Assembly (NCBI GenBank): GCA_963666055.2
Contig: CAXWPH010000002.1
Coordinates: 115,427-179,426, forward strand
Length of the DNA stretch: 64,000 nt
Reading direction: 5' to 3'
Source of the DNA: Acidobacteriota bacterium
GTDB lineage: Bacteria; Acidobacteriota; UBA890; WLXD01
Below the pieces are notes generated by a model. The model ran no database searches, had not been told where the DNA came from, and worked only from the letters and a program-made list of their open reading frames with translations. This document shows, piece by piece, positions 24,035 through 32,808 of the stretch. The translations under genes were made by a program, and so were the position numbers. Positions within the stretch are counted from its first letter, which is position 1. Each line of letters starts with the position of its first letter.

Positions 24035-25836
24035 TGCCGCCGGTGTGGGCTGGTTGCCTGAGGGTCTTGTTGCCGCCGAGACTGCGCTCCGCGGTGATGC
24101 GGGATACCTGCACGACGTTCGAGAACCTCGAGGCGCGCCTCGGGCGTCGAGCCGCGCTGCGATGGCTGCGCAGCCAGGTGCGTGGCGCCGTCGGGCCCTC
24201 CCTGCGACATCGGCTCGAATCGGGCGCTGTACCGATGCGACATATCAGGTGCGCCGTGACCAGCCTGGGCGCGGATGTTCGCCAGGCGGTGCGCGGTGCA
24301 GTGCATCAGCCGGGCTTCAGCGTTGCAGTCGTGCTCACCCTCGGTCTGGGGATTGGCGGCACCGTCGCCATCTTCAGTGTTGTCGACGCGGTGTTACTGC
24401 GCCCGCTGCCGTATCTGGACGCCGAACGGCTTGTTCGGGTCTGGGAGTCAAATGCCATGCTCGGATTCCTCGAAGATGGCCCATCGCCGGCCAATTTCCT
24501 CGACTGGGAAGCGCGCAACGAGGTGTTCGATGGCATTGCGGCGTGGTGGCCGGAGACCGCCATATACAAGTCCGCCGACCGCGCCGAACAGCTGGAGGTA
24601 GCGCATGTTTCTGGCGATTTCTTCCGCCTTCTAGGCACCGAGCCGCTGCTCGGCCGCCTGCTCTCGCCCGACGATGCGGTCGGCTCGTGGTACGACAACA
24701 GCGGCAATCACTACGGCGCCGAGCCGCTGATCGCGGTGAGCCACCAGTTCTGGAGCTCCCGCCTCGGGGCTGATCCACAGGCCGTTGGGCGAGTCATCGA
24801 GGTGAATCGTGTGCTGTGGCGGATCGTCGGCGTGATGCCGGCGAGCTTCGCCCTACCCAGGGCGGATATCGACCTGTGGAACTCTTGGGATCTCGGGGCG
24901 CGCGCCCGATCGACCGCCGGCCAGCCTTCGCGTGACTCGCGGTTTCTTGGTGTGGTCGCGCGCCTCCGTGAAGGATTGCACATGTCGGCAGCCCAGCTAC
25001 GGCTGGACGCTCTTGCAGCCGCGCTCGCCACCGAATATCCGGCCACCAACGCCGGTTGGGGTATCCGCGTTACGCCGCTCAGCGGTCAACTGATCGACCC
25101 GGCCCGGCGGCCGCTCGGGGTGCTGTCCGGTGCTGTCGGACTTCTTTTGTTGACGGCTTGCGCCAACGTTGCGGGATTGCTGTTGGCGCGGTCCACGGCG
25201 CGTCGTGGCGTCGGTGTAGTAGGTGACGTTCGCCACCACGACTTGCGCCAGGGGCCACAGCCCGAGATTTTCCTTCCCTACGCCCAGAACCCGTATCCAG
25301 CGCTCAACGTGGTGTTGCGGACCCGTCCGGGTGAGGCGCCCAGTATCGCCGCGATCGAGGCGCTGGTGACGGAGATCAATCCCGATCAACCCGTGCACAG
25401 CGTGGTGGCGATGCGCGAGCTGGTCGCTGCCACGCTGGCACGGCAACGCTTTGCCGCCACGCTGCTGATCGTCTTCGCTGGCATCGCGCTGCTGCTGACC
25501 ACCGTCGGGACCTACGGGGTCGTCGCCTGGTCGGTGAGCCGTCGCGTGCGCGAGCTGGGTATCCGCTCGGCGCTCGGCGCACGCTCCTCGGAGGTGCGCG
25601 TGATGGTCGTCCGCGAGGGCCTGGGTCTTGGCATGATGGGTGTGCTTATGGGTCTCGGTGCCTCGCTGTTGCTCATCCGGTCGCTGGACGGATTGCTGTA
25701 TGAAGTGCGCAGTGACGACGCTGCGACCCGCTTCATTGTGGGTGCGGGACTGCTCGTGGTCACCGCCGCCGCGAGCTACTTGCCGGCGCGGCGTGCCTCG
25801 GCGGTGGAACCGACCGAGGCCTTGCGGTCCGAGTAG
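24031..25836 (+). CDS. ADOP-family permease carrying a large in-frame internal deletion (possibly non-functional)
   Basis: 601 aa versus 888-897 aa for the two paralogues. The N-terminus, first periplasmic domain and first FtsX helix are intact. The sequence then jumps at ~25200-25212 to VGVVGDVRH..PEIFLPYAQ, the end of the second periplasmic domain. Confidence 0.8.
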   Translation: MMPPVWAGCLRVLLPPRLRSAVMRDTCTTFENLEARLGRRAALRWLRSQVRGAVGPSLRHRLESGAVPMRHIRCAVTSLGADVRQAVRGAVHQPGFSVAVVLTLGLGIGGTVAIFSVVDAVLLRPLPYLDAERLVRVWESNAMLGFLEDGPSPANFLDWEARNEVFDGIAAWWPETAIYKSADRAEQLEVAHVSGDFFRLLGTEPLLGRLLSPDDAVGSWYDNSGNHYGAEPLIAVSHQFWSSRLGADPQAVGRVIEVNRVLWRIVGVMPASFALPRADIDLWNSWDLGARARSTAGQPSRDSRFLGVVARLREGLHMSAAQLRLDALAAALATEYPATNAGWGIRVTPLSGQLIDPARRPLGVLSGAVGLLLLTACANVAGLLLARSTARRGVGVVGDVRHHDLRQGPQPEIFLPYAQNPYPALNVVLRTRPGEAPSIAAIEALVTEINPDQPVHSVVAMRELVAATLARQRFAATLLIVFAGIALLLTTVGTYGVVAWSVSRRVRELGIRSALGARSSEVRVMVVREGLGLGMMGVLMGLGASLLLIRSLDGLLYEVRSDDAATRFIVGAGLLVVTAAASYLPARRASAVEPTEALRSE

Positions 25837-25931
25837 CATCCCGGCCGGCGTTCGACTCTCCCCGGAAACCAGCATACTGGGTGGTGTCGATATCGTCCGC
25901 GTTACGGCGGCACGAGTGATCCCGGGAAGCC

Positions 25932-26522
25932 ATGATTGAATCGCTCGCACATTGGATCGAGGGTTCGGGCGCCCTCGTGTACGCGCTCGCCCCGCTGTTT
26001 ACCTTGCTCGTGGCAATCTTGCCGATTCCGGCCGAGATCCCCGCTCTGCTGAACGGCATGGTATTCGGCCCGCTCTGGGGCACGCTCATCACCTGGCTCT
26101 TCGCTCTTGCGGGGGCACAGATCAGCTTTGAGCTCGCCCGTCGCTTCGGACGCCCCCTGGGCGACCGGCTCATGCCGGCAGGCGTTCTGCACCGTGCCGA
26201 TCGCGCCGTGCAGTCGGCTGGCTGGCCGGTGCTGTTGACCCTGCGCCTCCTCCCTACGGTTGCTTTCACCGCGGTCAACTGGGCCGCGGGGCTGACGATG
26301 GTTTCCCGGTGGACGTTCGTGTGGACCACGGCTCTGGGCATTCTCCCCGGCGCCATTGTCTTCACGCTTACCGGGACGGGGCTCGGCCCGCTGCTTCGCG
26401 GCGGCCCTGCAGAGTCCATGGGCGCTTGGCCGTGGGTCGCCGCCGCGATGCTGACGGTGGTACTGACGGCGTGGCTCTGGCGCCGCAGGGGGCGTTCGGA
26501 TGCGGACACGCCGTCCCGCTAG
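25932..26522 (+). CDS. DedA/TVP38-TMEM64 (SNARE-associated) family membrane protein
   Basis: LPIPAEIPALLNGMVFGPLWG..ELARRFGRP..LLRLLP...FTAVNWAAGLT pattern. Confidence 0.8.
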   Translation: MIESLAHWIEGSGALVYALAPLFTLLVAILPIPAEIPALLNGMVFGPLWGTLITWLFALAGAQISFELARRFGRPLGDRLMPAGVLHRADRAVQSAGWPVLLTLRLLPTVAFTAVNWAAGLTMVSRWTFVWTTALGILPGAIVFTLTGTGLGPLLRGGPAESMGAWPWVAAAMLTVVLTAWLWRRRGRSDADTPSR

Positions 26523-26565
26523 TGGAACAGTCGCGACCAAGTGCTCTTGTGTGTCACGACGCAGG

Positions 26566-29232
26566 CTACTCGCCGCGTAGTGACACCGCCGGATCGATCG
26601 AGGCCGCTCGTCGCGCCGGCAGCACCGAAGCCACAACAGCGGCGACCAAGAGACAGGCGACGACGGCGAGATAGGTGGTGGGCTCCGTCGGACTCACGCC
26701 GAACAGTAGTGCCGCGATCCATCGTGACGTGATGATGGCGAGCAACAGGCCAATCACCAGCCCACCTCCGACCATCCTGCTGCTCTGGCCAAGCACCATG
26801 CGCACCACATCGCTGCTGCTGGCCCCGAGCGCCATCCGTACGCCGACTTCGTGCTGTCGCTGCGACACCAGGTAACTGAGCACCCCGTACACCCCGAGAG
26901 CTGCCAGAAACAGAGCAATGAGCGAGAAGATCCCCAGGATTGTCGACGCGAAGCGCTGGCGCGACACCGAATTCTCCAGCGTCGACGTCATCGTGTCGAT
27001 GTTGTAGACGGCGAGCTCCCTGTCCAGCGACCAGATACCCGAGCGCACCGACGCAACCATGTCGAGCGGGTCGCCGTTGGTGCGCACCATCAGAGTGACT
27101 ACTCCGAACGCCGGCGCTTGTAGCAGGTTCACGTACATCGCCGGGGGCGCGTCGCGATCCAGTCCCAGCGTTCTTTCGTTCTCGATCACGCCGAGGACGC
27201 GGCGTGGTATCCCCGCCCACGGTAGCTCGAGCTGGTGCTCGAGTGGCTCGAGTCCGTCGAAGTAGCGCTCTCGGGCGGCGCGGTTGATAAGCACCACGGG
27301 CTCGCTCTGCGCATCGTCGGTGGCATCCATCAGTCGACCGTGGAGAAGCGTTGCACCGACGGTGTCGAAGTAGGTCGGAGTCACCAGGCGTAAGGTGATC
27401 TCACCCTGCCCCGCGTTGTAGGGGATGCCGACGATCCCGAAGCTGTTGGTGAAGCCAGCCTGGAGTGGGTGGTTCGAGGCAAGCGCGGCCGCGCGCACGC
27501 CCGGCAGTGCCTGTACGCGCTCCAGCAGCGAACCGTAGAAGTTGCGTCGTTCCGGCCAGCTGGGCCAATTCTGGAAATCGCGCGGATAGCGGGAGTCGGG
27601 AAGCTGGAAGTCGGCTCGGAGCACGTTTGCGGCGCGGAACCCGGGGTCGACTCCCTGGAGATTCCACAGCGTTCCGATGAGTAACGCGGCAGCGACCAGC
27701 AGCACCACCGCCAGAGCGGTCTGTCCCGCAACCAAGCAGCGGCGCATGAACAGCTTCGACACGGCCGCCGCTTCGGCCTGCGAGCGTCCCTCCTTGAGGG
27801 CGCTCTGGACGTCGATCCGGCGTGCTTGGAGCGTCGGCAGCAACCCGCAACCGATGCCGATGAGCGCACTTGTCACGGCCGCAAACAGCAACACCCGGGA
27901 GTCGATGCCGACGATCGCCTGACCGAGCAACTGCGGCGGTGCCAACGCTAGGAGCGCGCCCAAGCCGACGTTCGAGAGCACCCCGCCAGCCAGCAGTGCC
28001 AAGCCGGTCAGCAGCAACCCCTCGGTCAGGAAACGCCGTGCCAGACGCGCATCGCTGGCCCCGAGTGCCACGTAGACGGCGGTCTCCTGGGCGCGGGCGG
28101 CTCCTCGTGCCAGCAACAAGTTGGCGACGTTGGCGCAAGCGATCGCCAACACGGTCGTCACAGCCGCAAACAGCAGCCACAATGTCGTCTCGGCGCCGCC
28201 ACGTCGATAGTCGGTCAGCGGCTCGACGAAGACACCGCGATTGGCGTTCTCCGGGTAGCTGGCCTCCAGATCTGCGGCAATCGACTCGAGCTCGTCGGCA
28301 GCGTTCGCAAACGATGATGCGGCGGCCAGTCGCCCCAGCACTGTCACGTCGTGTCGGGCGCGTGCCGAGTTGGTTGAGTCGCGCTGCAACGGTATCCACA
28401 GGTCGTAGTCGAGGTCGGGAAAATCCACACCGGGTGGAAGGACGCCGACGATCGTATGACTTCGATCGTTGAGCTCGATCGACGTGCCGATCACCTCCGG
28501 TGCGGCGGCGAACGCGTCCTGCCAGAAGGCGTGGGTGAGGAGCGCAACCGGCTCCCCGCCGGGGACGTCCTCGGCCGCCGTGATCGCTCGCCCGAGGGCA
28601 GGGGCCACACCGAGCACCCTCAAGAGGTCCGCGCCCGCCGTGACTACTTTGAGCCGCCGTGGCTCGCCACCGGCTCGGGTCAGATTGAGGTTGCCGGTGG
28701 CGTACATCGCCATGCCGTCGAAGGCGCGGCTACGCTCTCGGAAATCCAAGAAATCATGTACCGACGCCTGCTCGCGCACCGTTCCTGTGGCGCGGTCGTT
28801 TTCCCAGATCATCGCTAGCCGGGCAGCGTCTTCGTAGGGAAGCGGGCGCAGCAGCACGCCGTTGACGACACTGAAGATAGCGGTGGTCGTACCGATGCCG
28901 AGCGCCAGCGTGAGCACAATCACGGCGCTCAGGCCCGGCTGCCTGGTTAACGATCGGCCTGCCATACGTAGGTCTTGCCAGAGATGGTCGACCACCATGC
29001 TCCATTCCTCCCGCTCGATTCGTTGCAGCCCCAGCCGATGGCAGTCTTCGCGCACCTGCGCCCGATCGCCGAACCTTTGCATCACATCGTGACGCGCTTC
29101 TTCTTCGGTCAGCCCGCATTGCACGAGCTCCGCGACGCGCCCGTCGATGTGGAAGTCGAGCTCGTCGTCGATATCGGACCGCAGCACTCGGCGTGGGAAC
29201 AGACGGCGCCAGACATCGCGCCAATCACGCAC
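26566..29232 (-). CDS. duplicated orphan FtsX/MacB-type permease (ADOP family), full length
   Basis: 888 aa with the same architecture as 16450-19143. Ends LPARRAASIDPAVSLRGE. Confidence 0.9.
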   Translation of the reverse strand: MRDWRDVWRRLFPRRVLRSDIDDELDFHIDGRVAELVQCGLTEEEARHDVMQRFGDRAQVREDCHRLGLQRIEREEWSMVVDHLWQDLRMAGRSLTRQPGLSAVIVLTLALGIGTTTAIFSVVNGVLLRPLPYEDAARLAMIWENDRATGTVREQASVHDFLDFRERSRAFDGMAMYATGNLNLTRAGGEPRRLKVVTAGADLLRVLGVAPALGRAITAAEDVPGGEPVALLTHAFWQDAFAAAPEVIGTSIELNDRSHTIVGVLPPGVDFPDLDYDLWIPLQRDSTNSARARHDVTVLGRLAAASSFANAADELESIAADLEASYPENANRGVFVEPLTDYRRGGAETTLWLLFAAVTTVLAIACANVANLLLARGAARAQETAVYVALGASDARLARRFLTEGLLLTGLALLAGGVLSNVGLGALLALAPPQLLGQAIVGIDSRVLLFAAVTSALIGIGCGLLPTLQARRIDVQSALKEGRSQAEAAAVSKLFMRRCLVAGQTALAVVLLVAAALLIGTLWNLQGVDPGFRAANVLRADFQLPDSRYPRDFQNWPSWPERRNFYGSLLERVQALPGVRAAALASNHPLQAGFTNSFGIVGIPYNAGQGEITLRLVTPTYFDTVGATLLHGRLMDATDDAQSEPVVLINRAARERYFDGLEPLEHQLELPWAGIPRRVLGVIENERTLGLDRDAPPAMYVNLLQAPAFGVVTLMVRTNGDPLDMVASVRSGIWSLDRELAVYNIDTMTSTLENSVSRQRFASTILGIFSLIALFLAALGVYGVLSYLVSQRQHEVGVRMALGASSSDVVRMVLGQSSRMVGGGLVIGLLLAIITSRWIAALLFGVSPTEPTTYLAVVACLLVAAVVASVLPARRAASIDPAVSLRGE

Positions 29233-29235
29233 GCC

Positions 29236-29583
29236 TCAGTCGCTCCATTCCGGCGCAACGTCGAGCACGGCGGCGACCGCGTTGGCGTGGCGCAACCAGC
29301 GGCGCGTGTCGCGGCGCAGCCGCTCGTGTCCCGTCTGGGTGAGCTCATAGAGCTTGGCGCGCCGTTGCGTATCCGATATTCCCCATGAGCTGATGAGCAG
29401 GGCATCGCGCTCCAACCGGTGCAGCGCCGGGTACAGGGCCCCCTCTTCTATACGCAGGGCATTGCCAGCAAGCTCTTCGATGCGACGGCTGACCCCCAGT
29501 CCGTGCAGCGGGCCGTGGGTCAACGCCTGCAGGATGAGCAGGCTCAGGGAGCCGTACAGTGTTCCCGCGTCGACGGTGCCCAT
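29236..29583 (-). CDS. PadR-family transcriptional regulator
   Basis: LLILQALTHGPLHGLGV...EGALYPALHRLERDALL...RRAKLYELT. Stop lies 3 nt from the permease start. Confidence 0.9.
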   Translation of the reverse strand: MGTVDAGTLYGSLSLLILQALTHGPLHGLGVSRRIEELAGNALRIEEGALYPALHRLERDALLISSWGISDTQRRAKLYELTQTGHERLRRDTRRWLRHANAVAAVLDVAPEWSD

Positions 29584-29685
29584 GGATGGTCTCTCCGGCG
29601 AAAATCCGGCCGCCGCCGGCTCCCTTTACCTAATCTATTTAGGAGATGGAAAAATAGCATACCTAAGCTGCTAAGGGAAAGGATC

Positions 29686-29727
29686 GCATGAGCGATCCGC
29701 GCCGCAACTTGCTGCGGCGCGTCATGC
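29686..29727. other. extended GC-rich stem-loop in a divergent intergenic region
   Basis: GCATGA-gcgatcc-GCGCCGCA-acttgc-TGCGGCGC-g-TCATGC: an 8-bp perfect inner stem plus a 6-bp outer stem. It ends 28 nt upstream of the HAD-IIA start. Confidence 0.3.
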
Positions 29728-29754
29728 GCATGCCCGGCGACGTAGACTGATGAA

Positions 29755-30567
29755 ATGAGCGTCGAATCGGTGCTGATTCCAGAGTTGGAGGGTGTCGACG
29801 GGCTAGTGTTCGACCTGGAGGGGACCCTGTACGTGGGGGACCGTCCGGTGGCCGGCGCCGCCGCATCGATTGCCACGCTGCGCGCCCGCGGCATGCCGCT
29901 GCGCTTCCTTACCAACACCACTACGTGCGCTCATGAGGCGCTGACCGTCAAGCTCGAGGGCATGGGATTCGAGGTGTCCGGCGACGAGGTGTTCTGTGCC
30001 CCCACCGTCGCCGGCCGTTTCCTGCGAGAGAACGACGCGAGCGCCTGGCTACTCGTGTCGCCGGCTGCGCTGCCGGACTTCGATGGTGTGCGCACCGACC
30101 CCGACAATCCCGACTACGTGGTGGTGGGCGATCTGGGCGATGACTGGACGTTCGAGCTGCTGAACCGCGCCTTCGTCCTGGTGCGTGAGCGTGGCGCACG
30201 CCTCATCGGATTGGTACGAAGCCGATACTGGCTGTCGGCAGATGGCGCGCGACTCGACGTGGGGCCGTTCGTCGTAGCGCTGGAGTACGCCACGGGGCGG
30301 TCAGCCACGATCTTCGGCAAGCCGGAGCGCGCCATCTTCGAGACCGTGCTTCGCACGATGGGGCTACCGGCAGGATCGGTCGCCATGGTCGGCGACGATC
30401 CGATCACCGATGCCGCCGCCGCCGCGGCGGTCGGGATGCGCACCGTGCTGGTACGTACCGGCAAGTATCGGGAAGGGGCCGAGGACCCGAGTGAGTCGGT
30501 CGGCGACGCCCCTGGTAACGCCGACGTGGTGGTCGACTCGGTGGCCGACCTGATCGTCTCCGGCTAG
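29755..30567 (+). CDS. HAD-superfamily subfamily IIA hydrolase
   Basis: VFDLEGTLYVG, LRFLTNTTT and MVGDDPITD motifs. Confidence 0.85.
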   Translation: MSVESVLIPELEGVDGLVFDLEGTLYVGDRPVAGAAASIATLRARGMPLRFLTNTTTCAHEALTVKLEGMGFEVSGDEVFCAPTVAGRFLRENDASAWLLVSPAALPDFDGVRTDPDNPDYVVVGDLGDDWTFELLNRAFVLVRERGARLIGLVRSRYWLSADGARLDVGPFVVALEYATGRSATIFGKPERAIFETVLRTMGLPAGSVAMVGDDPITDAAAAAAVGMRTVLVRTGKYREGAEDPSESVGDAPGNADVVVDSVADLIVSG

Positions 30568-30843
30568 CAGGCCGTGGTGAAAGTGTGGTGGGTCTGGTTA
30601 CGGCGAGTTGGGGCCAGATGCAAGGCGGCCTGACACAGGCGATGCCCTAGCCATCGTCGAGAAAGGCCAACACCGCAGATGGCCCCAAATCGCCGTAACC
30701 CTTCGGGCGACACGGGGTTGCGCGCGTATGCTGCGTCGTTCCTCGTCAACGATGGGGTAACCATCGCCTACCTCCTCTCTCTTTGCCTCCACTTCGCAAG
30801 ACCCTGTCGCCAGACCCACCACACTTTCACCACGGCCTGCTAG
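30564..30843. repeat. 280-bp composite palindromic element (two inverted 87-bp-type units, perfect 34-bp terminal inverted repeats)
   Basis: 30564-30597 is the exact reverse complement of 30810-30843 (checked base by base). Unit 1 is 30564-30650. Unit 2 is inverted, at 30647-30843, with ~105 bp of extra sequence. Confidence 0.75.
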
Positions 30844-30845
30844 CG

Positions 30846-31523
30846 TCAGCTCGTCTGTGGCGCCTTCAGAGCTGCCTTGCGGTTCCGGTAAAGCTGCTGG
30901 TCCACGACCGCAGCCATCGCCTCGGCGTCCAGCCCGTACTCGAGGAATTCATCGATCACGCCAACAAACCTGGCTGGATCCTCGAGCGCGTCCTTGTAGT
31001 GCACCTCGATCATCTGGAAGTTGGGGCGATCGCGCACCAGGAACTGGACCTGCACCAGATGTCGCAGGAAGAACTGTTTCGTTTGCAGATCGTCGAGCGG
31101 ATTGTCTTCGGCGCGCCGCTCGAGCATCTTGTTCTGCGATGCCACGACCTCGTCGAGGTCGCGACGCATGAAGATCACCTTGTAGAAGTGCTCCGCCGGC
31201 AAGTCTTTGAGCAAGTGCGAGATGACCTTCAAGACCTTGCCGCGCGCCTCGCCGACCCACGACTTATCGGTCTCGCTTTCGAGGTCCTTGACGCGCTCGT
31301 GCTCGTAGTAGCCCTTGGGGTTGTCGACATCGGCGGCGCGCTCGTTGTCCGTGAGGATGGGCAGTCCGGCGGCATCGAGCATGCGCATCATCATCGAGGT
31401 GCCGGAACGCGGTAGCCCGGACACGATGATTACCTCGTCGCCGTACTTGCGACGGCGGAGAGCTCTCTTGAGCGAAGTCAGCAAGGGAATCTCTCGGCAC
31501 GCAGGAGTGGATGATCGGGTCAT
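30846..31523 (-). CDS. sulfotransferase-family protein
   Basis: IIVSGLPRSGTSMMMRML is a PAPS 5'-phosphosulfate-binding loop. FMRRDLDEVVASQ resembles the 3'-phosphate motif. Start set at ATG 31523; uncertain. Confidence 0.75.
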   Translation of the reverse strand: MTRSSTPACREIPLLTSLKRALRRRKYGDEVIIVSGLPRSGTSMMMRMLDAAGLPILTDNERAADVDNPKGYYEHERVKDLESETDKSWVGEARGKVLKVISHLLKDLPAEHFYKVIFMRRDLDEVVASQNKMLERRAEDNPLDDLQTKQFFLRHLVQVQFLVRDRPNFQMIEVHYKDALEDPARFVGVIDEFLEYGLDAEAMAAVVDQQLYRNRKAALKAPQTS

Positions 31524-31623
31524 TGTAGCAAGGCGACCACTCTGGCCCTTGCGGCGCCGGCGCCCATCTTTCGCGGTGGCGGGGCACGTCAGGGACCGCA
31601 TCGTTACGTGTACACTGCGGCCT

Positions 31624-32805
31624 ATGAAATGGGCCTCGTTCTTGTCGGAGGAAGCCTGTCTCGACGTCGCCGTGCAACAGGCGTCCGGCGAGATCGATCG
31701 GGCTCTGGGGGGCCGCCAGCCCGACTTGCTATTGCTCTTTGCCTCCGATCATCACGCCGATGACTATCCGGAGGTGCCTCAGGAGGTCCGGCGATACTTC
31801 CCATCCGCACGCTTCTTGGGTTGCTCCGGTGGCGGGGTAGTGGGCGGTGGGCGCGAGATCGAGCATGCTCCCGCGCTGTCGATGACCGCCGCCGTCCTCC
31901 CGGATGTACGCATCGAACCTTTTCACCTCGACTCTGACGAGAGCGACCAATTGATCGAGGAGCCCCAGCGGTGGCACCGGTGCCTCGACGTTGACATGTC
32001 CCGGCCGGCGCACTTCGTGCTGCTGGCGGACCCCTTCAGCTGCGATGCGCGCGGGCTACTGGCCTCGCTCGACTCGGTGTATCCGGAGAGTCGCAAAGTG
32101 GGTGGGCTGGCCAGCGGAGCGAGCCGGCCTGGCGACAACGCACTGTTCATCGATGACGACGTGCGGACCGAGGGCGTTGCCGGCCTGTTGCTCAACGGTG
32201 ACATCGCCATGGACACGATCGTTGCGCAGGGCTGCCGACCGATCGGTCCGCTGCTGTTCATCACCAGCGCGGTACGCAATCGAATTCTCGAGCTTGACGG
32301 AAGACGTCCGACGGAGCTGCTCGGTGAGCTGTACGACGAGCTGTCGGTTGCAGACCGGAAACTCTTTCGACACTCATTGTTCATCGGCGTGGTGATGACG
32401 GAGGGGCGCTCGGCCTATTCGCGTGGCGACTTCCTGGTGCGCAATCTGGTGGGCGTGGAGCCCGAGACTGGCGTCATCACGGTTGGCGAGCTCGTGCAGC
32501 CGGGGCAGGTAGTGCAGTTTCACCTGCGTGATGCCGACACATCGGCAGAGGATCTCGATGCTCTGCTGCGCGAATACAAGAACAGCAATGGTGCGACGCC
32601 CGACGGAGCGCTGCTGTTCTCTTGCCTGGGTCGCGGCGAGACACTCTACGGGGAGCCTGATCACGACAGCCGCATGATCAATAGCCGCCTGGGTGACATG
32701 CCCATTGGTGGTTTTTTTTGCAGTGGCGAGATCGGCCCGGTTGACTGCCGCACGTTCGTACATGGTTACACCAGCTCGATCGCCCTGTTCCGGCAGGAGA
32801 GCTGA
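31624..32805 (+). CDS. FIST N/C domain-containing (putative sensory) protein
   Basis: ATG at 31624 (MKWASFLSEE). LLLLFAS..FLGCSGGGVVG (FIST_N) and GALLFSCLGRGETLYG...PIGGFFCSGEIGPV (FIST_C). Confidence 0.8.
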   Translation: MKWASFLSEEACLDVAVQQASGEIDRALGGRQPDLLLLFASDHHADDYPEVPQEVRRYFPSARFLGCSGGGVVGGGREIEHAPALSMTAAVLPDVRIEPFHLDSDESDQLIEEPQRWHRCLDVDMSRPAHFVLLADPFSCDARGLLASLDSVYPESRKVGGLASGASRPGDNALFIDDDVRTEGVAGLLLNGDIAMDTIVAQGCRPIGPLLFITSAVRNRILELDGRRPTELLGELYDELSVADRKLFRHSLFIGVVMTEGRSAYSRGDFLVRNLVGVEPETGVITVGELVQPGQVVQFHLRDADTSAEDLDALLREYKNSNGATPDGALLFSCLGRGETLYGEPDHDSRMINSRLGDMPIGGFFCSGEIGPVDCRTFVHGYTSSIALFRQES

Positions 32806-32808
32806 GGC

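Noticed and set aside
26519-26568. Convergent spacer CTAGtggaac...TGTGTCAcgacgcaggCTA between the DedA and ADOP-3 stops as another repeat copy
   Set aside because: Only the CTAG/CTA ends and a TGACACA-like heptamer match, which is too little similarity to call without a profile search.
30598-30822. 74-aa and 66-aa minus-strand ORFs inside the composite repeat
   Set aside because: Third-position GC is clearly lower than in real genes here. They are built from the repeat units themselves, and the putative ATG lies inside the terminal inverted repeat.
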